A stretch of DNA of 64,000 bases, taken from the NCBI GenBank assembly GCA_000004985.1, contig GG738851.1, one strand, 5' to 3'. This document shows, piece after piece, positions 33,101-44,040 of this stretch. Each line of letters begins with the position of its first letter. Positions within the stretch are counted from its first letter, which is position 1. This DNA comes from Naegleria gruberi. Taxonomy: Eukaryota. The translations under genes and the position numbers were made by a program. The notes under the pieces are model-generated. The model was not told the origin of the DNA and ran no database searches. It saw only the letters and a list, made by a program, of their open reading frames with translations.

Positions 33101-34316
33101 TTCCTTGTATTTGAGAAAAGTTATTAAGGCAAAGCAAAATTTGAAAAGAATGGAGAATCTTGTCGATGATAGGGAAATGTATACATCATTGGTAGAAACC
33201 AGTTTTCACAGCACATCCTCGAAGGATTTGTTTTTAAATCCGAGTGACTTTCAACCAATTCAGGGACAATACAGAGCCATGGAAGGTGGGCAAGGAAAAG
33301 TCTACGTCGCCAATTATATTGGTATCAAAGTTGCACTTAAAAAGTTCCATAACAATGTTCCAAATGATGACATGGACGAATTGTCAAATGGAATTTCTGA
33401 AGACATTGAAAAGGAAATGAGAATGTTAAACGGTCTAAGACATCCAAGTATTGTTACATTTTATGGATATACTCTCTATAATGGATCTCCTTCCATGGTT
33501 ATGGGATACGTTCCTCACGCCCTAAATTCAATCATTTACAAAATAAGGAGAGGTCAGAAAATGAGTTTGGATTTGAAAATTCAAATAATTTACAATGTTA
33601 GTCAAGGATTGGAACATTGTCATACAAGATCTCCTCCAGTGATTCACAGAGATATAAAATCAGCAAATATTTTACTGGATGTCAAGTCTGAAGAGGAAAA
33701 TATTATTTCAGAAGTAACAGAAGTCAAGATTTGTGATTTTGGATTAAGTACTAAAGCGGATAGAGCTGAAACAAAGGTTATAGGTACTCCACATTATATG
33801 GCACCTGAGCTATTTACTTTGAGAAATATGTACACTGACCTGTTTGTAAATGATGATGAAGATGAAGATGAAATTACAGATGGCAGCTTTGATGATTCAG
33901 TGGATTATGACACATCTTCCGATGTATATTCTTTAGCTATTGTTATGTGGGAGCTATTCTTTGAATTACCACCGTATGACATGTCCGTTTATGATCAATG
34001 TCATCCTTCACTTTTTAGAAAAATTGCCAAACATCGAAAAATGTCTGCCCAAGCCTCCAAAGATTTACTTTCAAGAGGTATTCTCCTGAGTAAGGCTAAT
34101 TTCAGACCATTCATCCCATTCGATGATAGCAACACTCAAGATTGGTTATTGAATTACAGAACCTTTGATGTTAAATTATTTGGAATTGACCAACTTGAAA
34201 CCTTAACTAAACAATTCATAAATCTCATGAAAGAATGTTGGAAGACAGATCCATATCAAAGACCTCAATCTTCCAAACTCAAAGAACAACTCCAAAAGAT
34301 GCTGAATAAGAAATAA
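30176..34316 (+). CDS. Receptor-like Ser/Thr kinase: extracellular NHL-repeat beta-propeller + ~25 EGF-like (tenascin/integrin-beta type) repeats + TM + TKL-type kinase domain; apparent 1-nt frameshift near 31030-31045
   Basis: ATG at 30176 (MKQLQRKY..., a signal anchor). The NHL motifs are YVADTWNQRIRVI, YICDSNNHKIRKI, YIADTSNHRIRKV and FISDFSNNRIRKI. The fourth NHL unit straddles the switch from ORF 30131..31051 to ORF 31020..34316, which lie in different frames. The cysteine repeats are about 31 aa each (C..G.C.....C.C..G..G..C). The TM helix is IASSIGGVIVLALLVILLVVCSLYL. Kinase motifs are VALKKF, HRDIKSANILLD, DFGLS and GTPHYMAPE. Confidence 0.75.
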
Positions 34317-34518
34317 ATAACTTGACATTTGAATGGTAATTGAAAAAATCCAATCGACAAGCATTTAAAGACAATAAAATTCAATTTTCTTCAACCTCTG
34401 AGAATATTAACATTTGAATTTCTTGTAAAGCAAAGACCTGTCCTCTTGTCTTACCCTTCAGCCGTCACAATTTTACTTCACACATCAAAACTTCTAAAAA
34501 AAATAATACTAAAACAAA

Positions 34519-35020
34519 ATGCCTAACGACGCCTACGATTACTCAGTCAAATTAAAGACAGAATTCGAACCAGTTCTCAAATTCTTCGAAGTAAAACCAA
34601 CAGGAAATCTCTTCAAAGATTTAACACTTTTAGCAGAAGCCATCGAAGGCGCCAAAATTGATGAAAAATTGACAAAATTCTTTTTCGATTTTTATGATCG
34701 TGACGGCAATGGAACAATAAGTCGTGACGAGTTATCAGTTCTTGTTCGGGATATTGGTGAAGCTATGGGTGATGATTCTATGAAGAATATTACTGATAGT
34801 CAATTAGATGATGCTATGGCAATTTTGGATGAAGATGGATCAGGTGAAATTGAATGGAATGAATTTAAGAATTGGTTTGATGAATTGATGGTATGTTTTT
34901 ATATATTTATAATATTTAATTATAATATTTAAATATTATTAAATATAATGATGATGATGATATTTAACATTGCCTGTTTCGGAATAATTATAGCAAAATG
35001 ATGATGGTGAACAAAAGTAA
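34519..35020 (+). CDS. EF-hand calcium-binding protein (2 canonical EF loops), 2 exons
   Basis: Exon 1 (34519..34890) contains DRDGNGTISRDEL and DEDGSGEIEWNEF loops and ends ...NWFDELM at a GTATGT donor. The acceptor TTATAG sits at 34992-34993. Exon 2 (34994..35020) encodes QNDDGEQK*. The terminal exon is inferred. Confidence 0.6.
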
Positions 35021-35977
35021 AAAACCAAATACATCACCACACCCATGATGATTCATTCCCTTTTCTCTTTCCATATATATTTATAAATTATGATTCTAAC
35101 ACATCATTCAAACAAAAAAAAAATTGTATAAAACTTCGAAATTATTTTCATTTGGTGCGGAATATTATTTTCTATTAGATTATCTAAAAACTTGAATTTT
35201 CACATCAATTTTAGAAGAAGTGTCATCTTCAGATCAATTTACAAAATATTTTACTATTGACATTTTAGAAAAAATTCTCTTCTCTTTAACTTTTACTAAA
35301 GCTTACTCGGTGGCAAACTTGTTCTTCATCGGAAAAGATGAAATCACTTGGATGGCCCAAAGATACCACTCACTGTGGGCAAAGATACCATTTTGTTGAT
35401 ATTTTTATGAGTAAAGAACGGAGAAGATTAAACACTTTAGAGTGGCAATTATGTTGAAAATATTGACTTGAATGTAATTGATGAGAATAGTCCTGGATGA
35501 CAATCATACAAGGAAATGAAACAAGAGTGGTATTTATCACATTGTGATATTCTTGACAACAGGTTTTTGAATGATGATCATATCACTTTACAACATCATC
35601 AAGACATCACCAAATAACCTATGAGATAGTCCAAAAAGAGAAAATTCAAAAACAGGGCAATGAACAACCAGAAGACATTAGCAAATGAATCATACCATTA
35701 ATATTGACAAGATGCAAAGGTTTGACGTGTTAAGAAGGGATTATTTATGCAAATTTCGCTTCTTGTTTGAATATTGTCACTTTCCATCAAATATTGCAAT
35801 ACAACATCAAGAGGCATTAACTTATAATAGGGCCATGCGAAAATAATCGTTGGCTCCATATTCAGACTAGTGTTCTTATTCATTTTGTGCTCATCAGAAA
35901 ATGTACTGTCCTAGAAATCTCTGATCATCAAACGATATGGCAGCTAATAGCTCAAAAATCAAAATCAAAAAAACATA

Positions 35978-38900
35978 ATGACGTCCAGAGTGTTTCCTCA
36001 ATCACAAAACACAGCTAGAGTCGCAGGAAGTGTAGTACTAAACGATGCAGAAACTTCCTCTCAATTTGGAGCAGGAACTTCTACCACTTCAAGCTCATTT
36101 GCTTCATCATTGGGTGGGAAAAGTGTTGTAAACAATGCAGGAATAAGTATTTTCTCACTGATAACAACTCTAAGACCTAAAGATACACTAGTTGGTGACG
36201 AGAATACTTACATGTTCCTAGGAATGATATTCTATCATATCTACTTGATATACAACTCTGTAATACTCTCATCACTTTCAACACCAATGATTAGAGATGA
36301 CGATACTAGAACATTGTGGGGAGTTATACCTGGTTGGATATGGAGAGCTTTGTATTTTCCAATCAATTGGGCATCTGAATTCTATCCTTACTTTCTAATT
36401 ATTTCACTATCAATAGCGTTTCTAATTTTACAATTTTCAACTTGTTTTGGAATTTATTATTGTAAATGGGCTTCAAGAAAGGGAGGAAAATTATTTGGAA
36501 GGATCAAGACATTTCTGCTGAATTCATTGTTATTCCAAAGAACTTTTACTTTATTCATCTTGTCTATTCATGCAATTTTGTTATCTCCAAATCTGGATTC
36601 CCAAAATGGAACTTTATATTATTTTCCAAGTCAATCTTTCAGCTCAGTGATACAAATAGTTTGTACCGTAATAGGATGTGTTGGAATATTGTTGAATATT
36701 GGTTTGACGGCTATTGCAACACTTTTAACTGCTGAAACGAGCCCTAAATTGAGCAAAAGAATTTGGTTTTCATTGTATTCAATTTCGCCTTTCATGTTCT
36801 TTAATTTTGTGAATCAAATTAGTTTAGTTTCAACTATTATTTGTACAGGACCTTATACCTATGTTGCTTCTATTGTGAAGATTGTAATGAACGTATTCCT
36901 GCTTATAGTAACGATGAAATCCTTACCATTCTTTAGAAAATGGGAGAATTGCTTTTATTTGGCATTGGTTAGTTTGAAAGTTTTTACTCCAATCCCAACT
37001 TTAATTTTGCAATTTCTTTCCTCGAATCAATTGAATCAACAAGAGATTGGTGGAATAATGACTGGTGTTACTTTTGCAACGGCAGTCATTTCTTTTGGAT
37101 CTGGCTTTATTATTTCTTACGTTTGGTTAGTAATTGAAATGAAATCAGTCAGAAATATGATTTCTAATAAGGAAGACAGTTCCGCAGCATTGCTTCTTCT
37201 TGAGAAATCAAAAAAGAAACAAGATAGTCTTTCACTATTCCTAAGATTTGCAAGCAATAGTGCTCCAGAAATGAAAGTGAGGGAAGGAAGCGATTTTGAC
37301 TTGGCCAAACATGCTGTAAACACACTAGTCAAACCAATTGAAAATGTTGAACTGTTAATTGTCAGTTCCTTATTTGTATCATTTGGTGGTATTCCAGATT
37401 ATGATAGTTCTCAATCATTTAGTATTGGATTGGCTCTATTACAAAAATCTCAACGAATTTCACCATCACTAGCTCAGGTATTCAATATCATGTTAAGAAA
37501 TGAAGAAATAGAATATCATGCCTTTCATGGAAATAATCTTGAAGTTTTAAGAAAACTTGTAATGGTTGAAAAGAAAGTGAAATCATTGTCTAGATGCCAC
37601 AAGTCATTCTTTAAAGAATTATTGAATGATAAACCATCTATTGGTAAATTAGAACAGATTAATAGTGCCAGTTGTTCAATTTATAACGAATGCGACACAA
37701 TTTATGATAATTTACTGGCTTCTAATAGATCCAACAAGACTCTGTTGAGATCGTATGCTTCCTATTTGGAAAAATACAAGTGGGAAATCCAGTTAGCAAA
37801 ACAATTATTTGAGGAAGCTCAAGACAATGATGAAGATAAGAATAAGCAACCGTTTAAGGCATACGAATCCTCATTCCATAAAGGGAACACCTCTAGGTTT
37901 AGTATAGATTCACAAAGAGCTAATATGGATGGTTGGGATTCAGTAAGTGTTGCTGGTGTAGAAGAGAATGACGAAGAAAGAAAAGATCATGTTTTGAGAA
38001 TGGCAATCAACTCTCCTATGTCAACAATTGTATATTCCACATTGTTTTTCCTATTCTGTGCTCTCTCAGTACTAACTATTTGTATCGTTGCTCCCGTTTC
38101 ACTTGTATTTTCTCAGAGTATCAATGAGAGAATGACCATGCAAGAGAAGGTATGCCTAATGACCTCAGTTCCATACAAATTATTAGCTCAGATTCAAGCA
38201 CTTCAAACAGAATATAATTTGAGAGGAAATAATACTGAAAAGCTACTTAATTCTACCATTGATTATACTAATAACTTGTTGGATACTGTTAAAACAGTGG
38301 TATCGGCTGGAGACAATAATATGCTAATGCCAGAAGTTGCCAGAGAATATTTGAAAAATCAATACGAACTTCAACTTCCAATTACAAATGATTCATTAAT
38401 TGGAAAGGAAATTCCTGCATATACAGCCACCAACGCCTCTATTCAATTCTATTTATCTGCTATGTACACTCATGGAAAGACCTTGTTAAATGAATTTAAT
38501 GCTATGGACGGACTGGTTTCGAATACCGATGAGAATTATGCTTTCTTATTTATTTTCTACAATAGAATTCCAATGACTTTAGCTTTCAATAGCTTGTGCT
38601 CTAAATTTGTTGAAGAAAGTGTATCTTCAATTGAAACAAATTTTGAACGCTTGTGGATAATCACAGTTTCCACTCTGGTAACTTATTTGAGTATTTCACT
38701 AATTTTCTTTACAATATTATTCACACACTCGAGAAGACTTGTTGTTGAGCTCAAAGAAATATTTAGAAGAATAACCAAAGATGAAATAGGGAAAGTTTAT
38801 CACAATTTCGAAAAGAAAATAGATGATTCTATTAGCTCTTCAAATAACCTTTTGAAAATGAGCAATATCCTAATGATTGGAAGTTTCCTCTTTGTAATCA

Positions 38901-40804
38901 TCATCTGCCTATGTTCCTTACTAGTCATTGTAGAGCTCAACAGCAACACCAAACAAAGTGCTCAATCCATGAATATTGTCGGTTCAATCAATGCAGTTTC
39001 ATTAAGAACTGCAAGAACCAACTTTAGATTACTCTGGTATATTGATAGGATAAAGTATTTAACCTTGGAACCTTCATTTGTTAACCAAGAAAATAAGCAA
39101 GATTTACTAGATTTGAGAACTTATTGGAATTATGTTGTGGTAGGCGATGAATCAACTTCTTACACATCTGCCATTTATGGAAAATATGATGATGTTGATT
39201 ATATATTATCTGATCTTTGTAATGATACTATTTCAATGGCTGATCCTTGTCACAGTTTAACTGCTGCCTTGACTGATTACATTACAAAAGCTCTTGATTA
39301 CAATGAAGTGTTCTATTACCAAAAAAAGAGTCAGACATTTATGGTAAATGAATATTTTGGGAAGATATTCTATGTTACGCAGACAATTACTTCCAATTTA
39401 CAAACTTTAATCTCTGCTCTTGTCACTCATGAAAAGGTTTCAAGTGTTGGGATAACAGCTTCTATGATTAGCTTATGTTTTATTTCCGCAATTTTATATG
39501 CTGTCATATGTTATTCATCCTTGAATAGGTATTGGAAAGAAAGAGCTTGTTTGAGAATGATGTTGAATTATATCAATTTAGATCTCATTGAAAGCAATTT
39601 GATATTGAGAGAATATGTCATGTCAAATGTTGTTCCTTCCTCAAAGATTTCCTCTAAAATAGTGCCATCTTTTGAAAGTGAGAAAGAAAAGGATGAAAAG
39701 ATTGAAATGGTCAAGACCATATTGAATGGAGGCGTAGATTCTGCAATTATTTGTGATAAGGATGGAAATATTACAATTTTCAATAATTCTGCTGAGGAAA
39801 TGTTTGGCTATTCCAGATCACAAGTTTTAGGTTTACCAATTCAAACTCTATTCACTTCTGAATATTCTGAGAGAATCATGAAATTGGTTTCTACTGGTGA
39901 ATCGCATGATTCATTCGAAGCAATGTCTCAGAGACGAAACAAGACTCATTTCTCTTCAAAGGTTTCAGTTTCCATTTCCATTCATGAAAAGAAACAAATT
40001 TTGATTGTCTTTATTCGTGATATTACTCCAGAAAAGAAACAGAGTTTATTAATTGCTGAGGAAAAGAAGAAGAGTGAAGATTTACTTTTGAATATTTTGC
40101 CAATGTCCATGGCTTCAAAATTGAAGAATGGTGAGGAGCATTTATATGAAAAAGTGAATGATATTACTGTTTTCTTTAGTGATATGGTTGGATTTACTGC
40201 ATGGAGTTCAAAACTGCAACCTAGTGAACTAGTTCATATCCTAAACTCGATTGTTACTGGATTTGATAAGCTGACTGAAATTCACTTGATTGATAAGATT
40301 AAAACTATTGGAGATGCCTATTTTTGTGTAAGTGGATTACACTCATGTAAATCTTCCGATCACCCAGAAAGAATGTTAAAGTTTGCCATTGAAATTATGT
40401 CCTTTTTAAAGAATATCAACACATCAAATCAAACATTAATTAATGTGAGAATTGGCATGCACACAGGCGATGCTGTTGGAGGAGTCATTGGATTTAAAAA
40501 GTTTGCCTACGATCTGTGGGGTGATACCATCAATACTGCCTCTCGTATGGAATCAACATCACTTCCAGGTAGAATTCAAATTTCCAGATCTACCTATGGA
40601 AGAGTTTATGACCTATTCGAATTTGAAGAGAGATTAATTGAAGTGAAAGGAAAAGGAGAATGTCAGACTTATCTACTGAAAGAGAAACATCATGAGAATC
40701 CAATAGCTCTTAATAACATGGCACAAGTGGAAGATAATGATCATTTAGAAGTTTCACAAGGACCATTTTCAAGCCATAAAGAAGATGAGCAACAGCAACA
40801 GTAA
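35978..40804 (+). CDS. Multi-pass membrane, PAS-domain-containing class III adenylyl cyclase (1608 aa)
   Basis: Single ORF with ATG at 35978. The N-terminal polytopic domain has about 8 TM helices. Further TM pairs bracket two exoplasmic loops of about 150-180 aa. The PAS domain is ILNGGVDSAIICDKDGNITIFNNSAEEMFGYSRSQVLGLPIQTLF. The cyclase core carries FSDMVGFT, KIKTIGDAYFCVSGL, IGMHTGD, AYDLWGDTINTASRMES and PGRIQIS. The Lys in KIKTIGD and the Asp in DLWG are the adenine-specifying residues, so this is predicted to be an adenylyl cyclase. Confidence 0.85.
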   Translation: MTSRVFPQSQNTARVAGSVVLNDAETSSQFGAGTSTTSSSFASSLGGKSVVNNAGISIFSLITTLRPKDTLVGDENTYMFLGMIFYHIYLIYNSVILSSLSTPMIRDDDTRTLWGVIPGWIWRALYFPINWASEFYPYFLIISLSIAFLILQFSTCFGIYYCKWASRKGGKLFGRIKTFLLNSLLFQRTFTLFILSIHAILLSPNLDSQNGTLYYFPSQSFSSVIQIVCTVIGCVGILLNIGLTAIATLLTAETSPKLSKRIWFSLYSISPFMFFNFVNQISLVSTIICTGPYTYVASIVKIVMNVFLLIVTMKSLPFFRKWENCFYLALVSLKVFTPIPTLILQFLSSNQLNQQEIGGIMTGVTFATAVISFGSGFIISYVWLVIEMKSVRNMISNKEDSSAALLLLEKSKKKQDSLSLFLRFASNSAPEMKVREGSDFDLAKHAVNTLVKPIENVELLIVSSLFVSFGGIPDYDSSQSFSIGLALLQKSQRISPSLAQVFNIMLRNEEIEYHAFHGNNLEVLRKLVMVEKKVKSLSRCHKSFFKELLNDKPSIGKLEQINSASCSIYNECDTIYDNLLASNRSNKTLLRSYASYLEKYKWEIQLAKQLFEEAQDNDEDKNKQPFKAYESSFHKGNTSRFSIDSQRANMDGWDSVSVAGVEENDEERKDHVLRMAINSPMSTIVYSTLFFLFCALSVLTICIVAPVSLVFSQSINERMTMQEKVCLMTSVPYKLLAQIQALQTEYNLRGNNTEKLLNSTIDYTNNLLDTVKTVVSAGDNNMLMPEVAREYLKNQYELQLPITNDSLIGKEIPAYTATNASIQFYLSAMYTHGKTLLNEFNAMDGLVSNTDENYAFLFIFYNRIPMTLAFNSLCSKFVEESVSSIETNFERLWIITVSTLVTYLSISLIFFTILFTHSRRLVVELKEIFRRITKDEIGKVYHNFEKKIDDSISSSNNLLKMSNILMIGSFLFVIIICLCSLLVIVELNSNTKQSAQSMNIVGSINAVSLRTARTNFRLLWYIDRIKYLTLEPSFVNQENKQDLLDLRTYWNYVVVGDESTSYTSAIYGKYDDVDYILSDLCNDTISMADPCHSLTAALTDYITKALDYNEVFYYQKKSQTFMVNEYFGKIFYVTQTITSNLQTLISALVTHEKVSSVGITASMISLCFISAILYAVICYSSLNRYWKERACLRMMLNYINLDLIESNLILREYVMSNVVPSSKISSKIVPSFESEKEKDEKIEMVKTILNGGVDSAIICDKDGNITIFNNSAEEMFGYSRSQVLGLPIQTLFTSEYSERIMKLVSTGESHDSFEAMSQRRNKTHFSSKVSVSISIHEKKQILIVFIRDITPEKKQSLLIAEEKKKSEDLLLNILPMSMASKLKNGEEHLYEKVNDITVFFSDMVGFTAWSSKLQPSELVHILNSIVTGFDKLTEIHLIDKIKTIGDAYFCVSGLHSCKSSDHPERMLKFAIEIMSFLKNINTSNQTLINVRIGMHTGDAVGGVIGFKKFAYDLWGDTINTASRMESTSLPGRIQISRSTYGRVYDLFEFEERLIEVKGKGECQTYLLKEKHHENPIALNNMAQVEDNDHLEVSQGPFSSHKEDEQQQQ

Positions 40805-40989
40805 AAGTAAATTGATTTTACATCTTAAAATTGTTTCATACATCCAAATCCAATAAGGTATGGATAAAATGCTCCAATTAGAACGTTGAATATCGAAAAT
40901 CAAACTCTGCAACACAGTAAAAATCAATGAAAAACTTGATTTTCCTCCCGTAACTCGAAAATGACAAGTGGAAAAAAGAGCGAAAACAC

Positions 40990-43989
40990 ATGTCCCAAGC
41001 AAATTCATTGAGCAATGAAGGTGGTGGTATCAGCAAAGATGTTAATCCACCTGTTGAAGATTTTCCGTCTGCCGAGGTGGAAGAGGAAGAATTTTACAAT
41101 TCATCATTTGATGATAGAAAACAAGTGAGTGGGAGAATTGAAGAACAACAACAACATGATGACGATAATCCAATTTTGATGACTATTCCATCATCAAATT
41201 ATGGATATTCCATCAATGATAATTCCGTTTCGCAACTACACCAACAACAACAAGGAGAAGAACAACAATTTAATTCTTCTTCGGCTACCATCCATGCCAA
41301 TAGTTGGAAAGAGAAAATTCAAGCTATGAGAGGAGGTGGTTGGAGAGAGTATTTCAATATTGTTTCGATTTGTTCCTTTCTGACTGTAACATTGTGTTTC
41401 GCTGCTGTTTCGTTTATTTTCTTGATTTATCCATTTGTGTATGTGAGAGATTTTTCACACACTTTGGTAGAAAGTTCACAAATCAAATTGCAACCATACT
41501 ATCCACTCGGTTATAAACCAAAAGGATATGTACCAAAGTTTTCTCAAGCAACCACCAAATTGACAGTTCCAGGAAATGCAAGATTCATAATGTTATCTTT
41601 TGTAGCAAATGCATCAGTGGAAGCTGTCGTTTTCAGAAATACTCTCACTTACTATAATCAATTCATTGATGCAACAGCTTTGAGTGCCTACTATACGAAT
41701 CAGACACAATTCATATTCGATAATCCTTTGGAAAGAAGCTTTTTTGTAATTTCAGAAAATTACTATGCAACCAGATTCTTTGCAACAAAGATTATGAATC
41801 ATACGAGTTTGGAGTTTGATAATTCTCCATTGAATAATGAAAACAAAACTGTGCTGTACATTGTTTGGAGAAATGAAAATTTAACTCCTCTCGAAAATAC
41901 CATTGTAATCGATTATTGGTACAGACTTGAATATGATGATTATAGGGAGACTACAAGTTTCACATTTGCCATGATTTCATTTGGTGCTTTTGTTCTTGCA
42001 GCTAGTTGTGTCTTGTTAAATACTCCAACAGTTTCTGGAATTTTCTCAATAGTTTACAATTTCTTGAGAAATTTACTATCATTCAAAAAACCTCTACCTG
42101 AAAATGGAGAGTGGAGTATTGATAATACTTTAGCACGAGGAGCTGACATTATTTTCCAAGATTTGTCATTTGTCTCATTCACAGATAAGGTAATTTTATA
42201 TCCAACAACTGGAATTTTGAAAGCTGGCAAGTTAACAGCAGTTATGGGTCAATCTGGTTCTTCAAAATCAACTTTTTGTAATGTTCTTTGTGGAAGAGCT
42301 TCCCATGGTATTCAGAAAGGAAAAGTCCTAATCAATGGAAATTCATTCTCTGGAAATACTAACAATTTAGTTGGATTTGTTACACAAGATGACATTATGT
42401 CTCCTCATTTAACTGTCAAGGAAACTTTGGAGTTTTCATGTAAGATTAGAAAGAATAAGAAGAATTCTGAAAAGGTCGAAGGTGTAATGCAAAAGTTAGG
42501 AATTACAAAAGTTCAAAATTCACAAACTTCAGTAATCAGTGGAGGTGAAAAAAGAAGAACATCAATTGGTATTGAAATGGTTGCAGACACACCAATTTAT
42601 ATTCTAGATGAACCTAGTTCTGGACTCGATTCAGAATCTGCTCTCTCCCTTTGTAAAACCCTTAGAGAAATAGCAGAAGAAAACAACTCGAATATTATTT
42701 GTGTTATCCATCAACCTTCATATGAAATATTGGAACAATTTCATGATATAATGCTGTTCAGGGAAGGTAGATTACTATTCCACAGTCCTGTACCAACTGT
42801 AATCCAATCACTCAAAGAGCATATCCCTTCTCATATTATTCGTAGCAATCCTGCTGATGAGATTTTGAGAACTCTTTCAACAGATTCTGTTGAAATTGTT
42901 AATTCCATTATCAAAAATACTGATCCAGCCATTCATTCCATTTCGAGAAAGCTCGAATTAGATTGGAAAGATATGAAAACTTCACCATTTTACATTCATT
43001 TCTATGCATGTTTTGTGAGAGCTGTCAAACAATTCTACAGAGATTGGAGAAATTTGATATTTGAAATTCTCATTTCCTTTGTTGTTGGTTTGCTTATTGG
43101 AGTATTATTTAATGGTCTTGAATTTATTGGAAGTGTTTCAAGTTCAAAATATAGCAAATGTCCAATAGAAATCAGAGCTGGTTGCATGCTTCCTCAATCG
43201 GATACGATTGCTCCATACTCATCTTTCCTCGTTTTGGCCATTGCATTGATATCTATAATGAGAGGTTTGAGAGTTTTTGGATTTGAAATTGAGAATTTCA
43301 AAAGAGAATCTCATGTAGGTCTCAATTCTTGGATGTACTTTTTATCGAAGGATTTGATTTCAATTTTTGTGATTGCTGTCATTTCTTTCAGTACTACATT
43401 TGGCATGTTATCTGCATTACCACATACTAACTTTTTCATTCTCTATGCCATTGTATTTCTAACAATTATGGCTGGTTTTCCAATTGGTTATACATTGTCA
43501 TTCTTCTTTGATCCACAAATAGCTCAATTGGCAGCTGCCTTAGTAGTTGTAGTATTTTACAGTTTTGGAGGAAATAATCCAACCATTCCTGAAATTGAAA
43601 AGCTTTCTCCAGTTCTTGCCTACAGTCACGTTATCACCTATTTTAGATATATTAGAGGTTTAATTTATATGGAAGAACTTATTACAAGAAGAGAAGATAA
43701 CGACATTGCATCAGCTCTTAAGGTGAATGGATATGAAATTGAAGCAATTTCATTCTACTTTTATGCTCTCTTCTTTTGGATTGTAGTTTTCAGGTATATG
43801 GCAGTATATTGTATGTGGGCTTGGAAACCTCGTTCTCTGTTCAGTAAGATTAATTTCCTATCAAGGAGATTGACTGGACGATTCTCTACCTGGTTTTCAA
43901 ATAAGATTGTTCAACCATTGAGAATGAAAATGAAAAGAAATAAGTATAAGGAAGTTGATAACTCTGAAGTAAATCCTTTCAAGCAATAA
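40990..43989 (+). CDS. ABCG-type half transporter (NBD-TMD) with ~350-aa N-terminal extension
   Basis: Walker A is MGQSGSSKST, the signature is VISGGEKRRTSIG and Walker B is IYILDEPSSGLD. These are followed by six TM helices of the ABC2 type. The N-terminal extension is low-complexity (QQQQ, SS) with two hydrophobic helices. Confidence 0.85.
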   Translation: MSQANSLSNEGGGISKDVNPPVEDFPSAEVEEEEFYNSSFDDRKQVSGRIEEQQQHDDDNPILMTIPSSNYGYSINDNSVSQLHQQQQGEEQQFNSSSATIHANSWKEKIQAMRGGGWREYFNIVSICSFLTVTLCFAAVSFIFLIYPFVYVRDFSHTLVESSQIKLQPYYPLGYKPKGYVPKFSQATTKLTVPGNARFIMLSFVANASVEAVVFRNTLTYYNQFIDATALSAYYTNQTQFIFDNPLERSFFVISENYYATRFFATKIMNHTSLEFDNSPLNNENKTVLYIVWRNENLTPLENTIVIDYWYRLEYDDYRETTSFTFAMISFGAFVLAASCVLLNTPTVSGIFSIVYNFLRNLLSFKKPLPENGEWSIDNTLARGADIIFQDLSFVSFTDKVILYPTTGILKAGKLTAVMGQSGSSKSTFCNVLCGRASHGIQKGKVLINGNSFSGNTNNLVGFVTQDDIMSPHLTVKETLEFSCKIRKNKKNSEKVEGVMQKLGITKVQNSQTSVISGGEKRRTSIGIEMVADTPIYILDEPSSGLDSESALSLCKTLREIAEENNSNIICVIHQPSYEILEQFHDIMLFREGRLLFHSPVPTVIQSLKEHIPSHIIRSNPADEILRTLSTDSVEIVNSIIKNTDPAIHSISRKLELDWKDMKTSPFYIHFYACFVRAVKQFYRDWRNLIFEILISFVVGLLIGVLFNGLEFIGSVSSSKYSKCPIEIRAGCMLPQSDTIAPYSSFLVLAIALISIMRGLRVFGFEIENFKRESHVGLNSWMYFLSKDLISIFVIAVISFSTTFGMLSALPHTNFFILYAIVFLTIMAGFPIGYTLSFFFDPQIAQLAAALVVVVFYSFGGNNPTIPEIEKLSPVLAYSHVITYFRYIRGLIYMEELITRREDNDIASALKVNGYEIEAISFYFYALFFWIVVFRYMAVYCMWAWKPRSLFSKINFLSRRLTGRFSTWFSNKIVQPLRMKMKRNKYKEVDNSEVNPFKQ

Positions 43990-44040
43990 ATCTCAAATTA
44001 CTTATTAATGGTTCAACTTGATTAGTAAATTTAAACCTTA

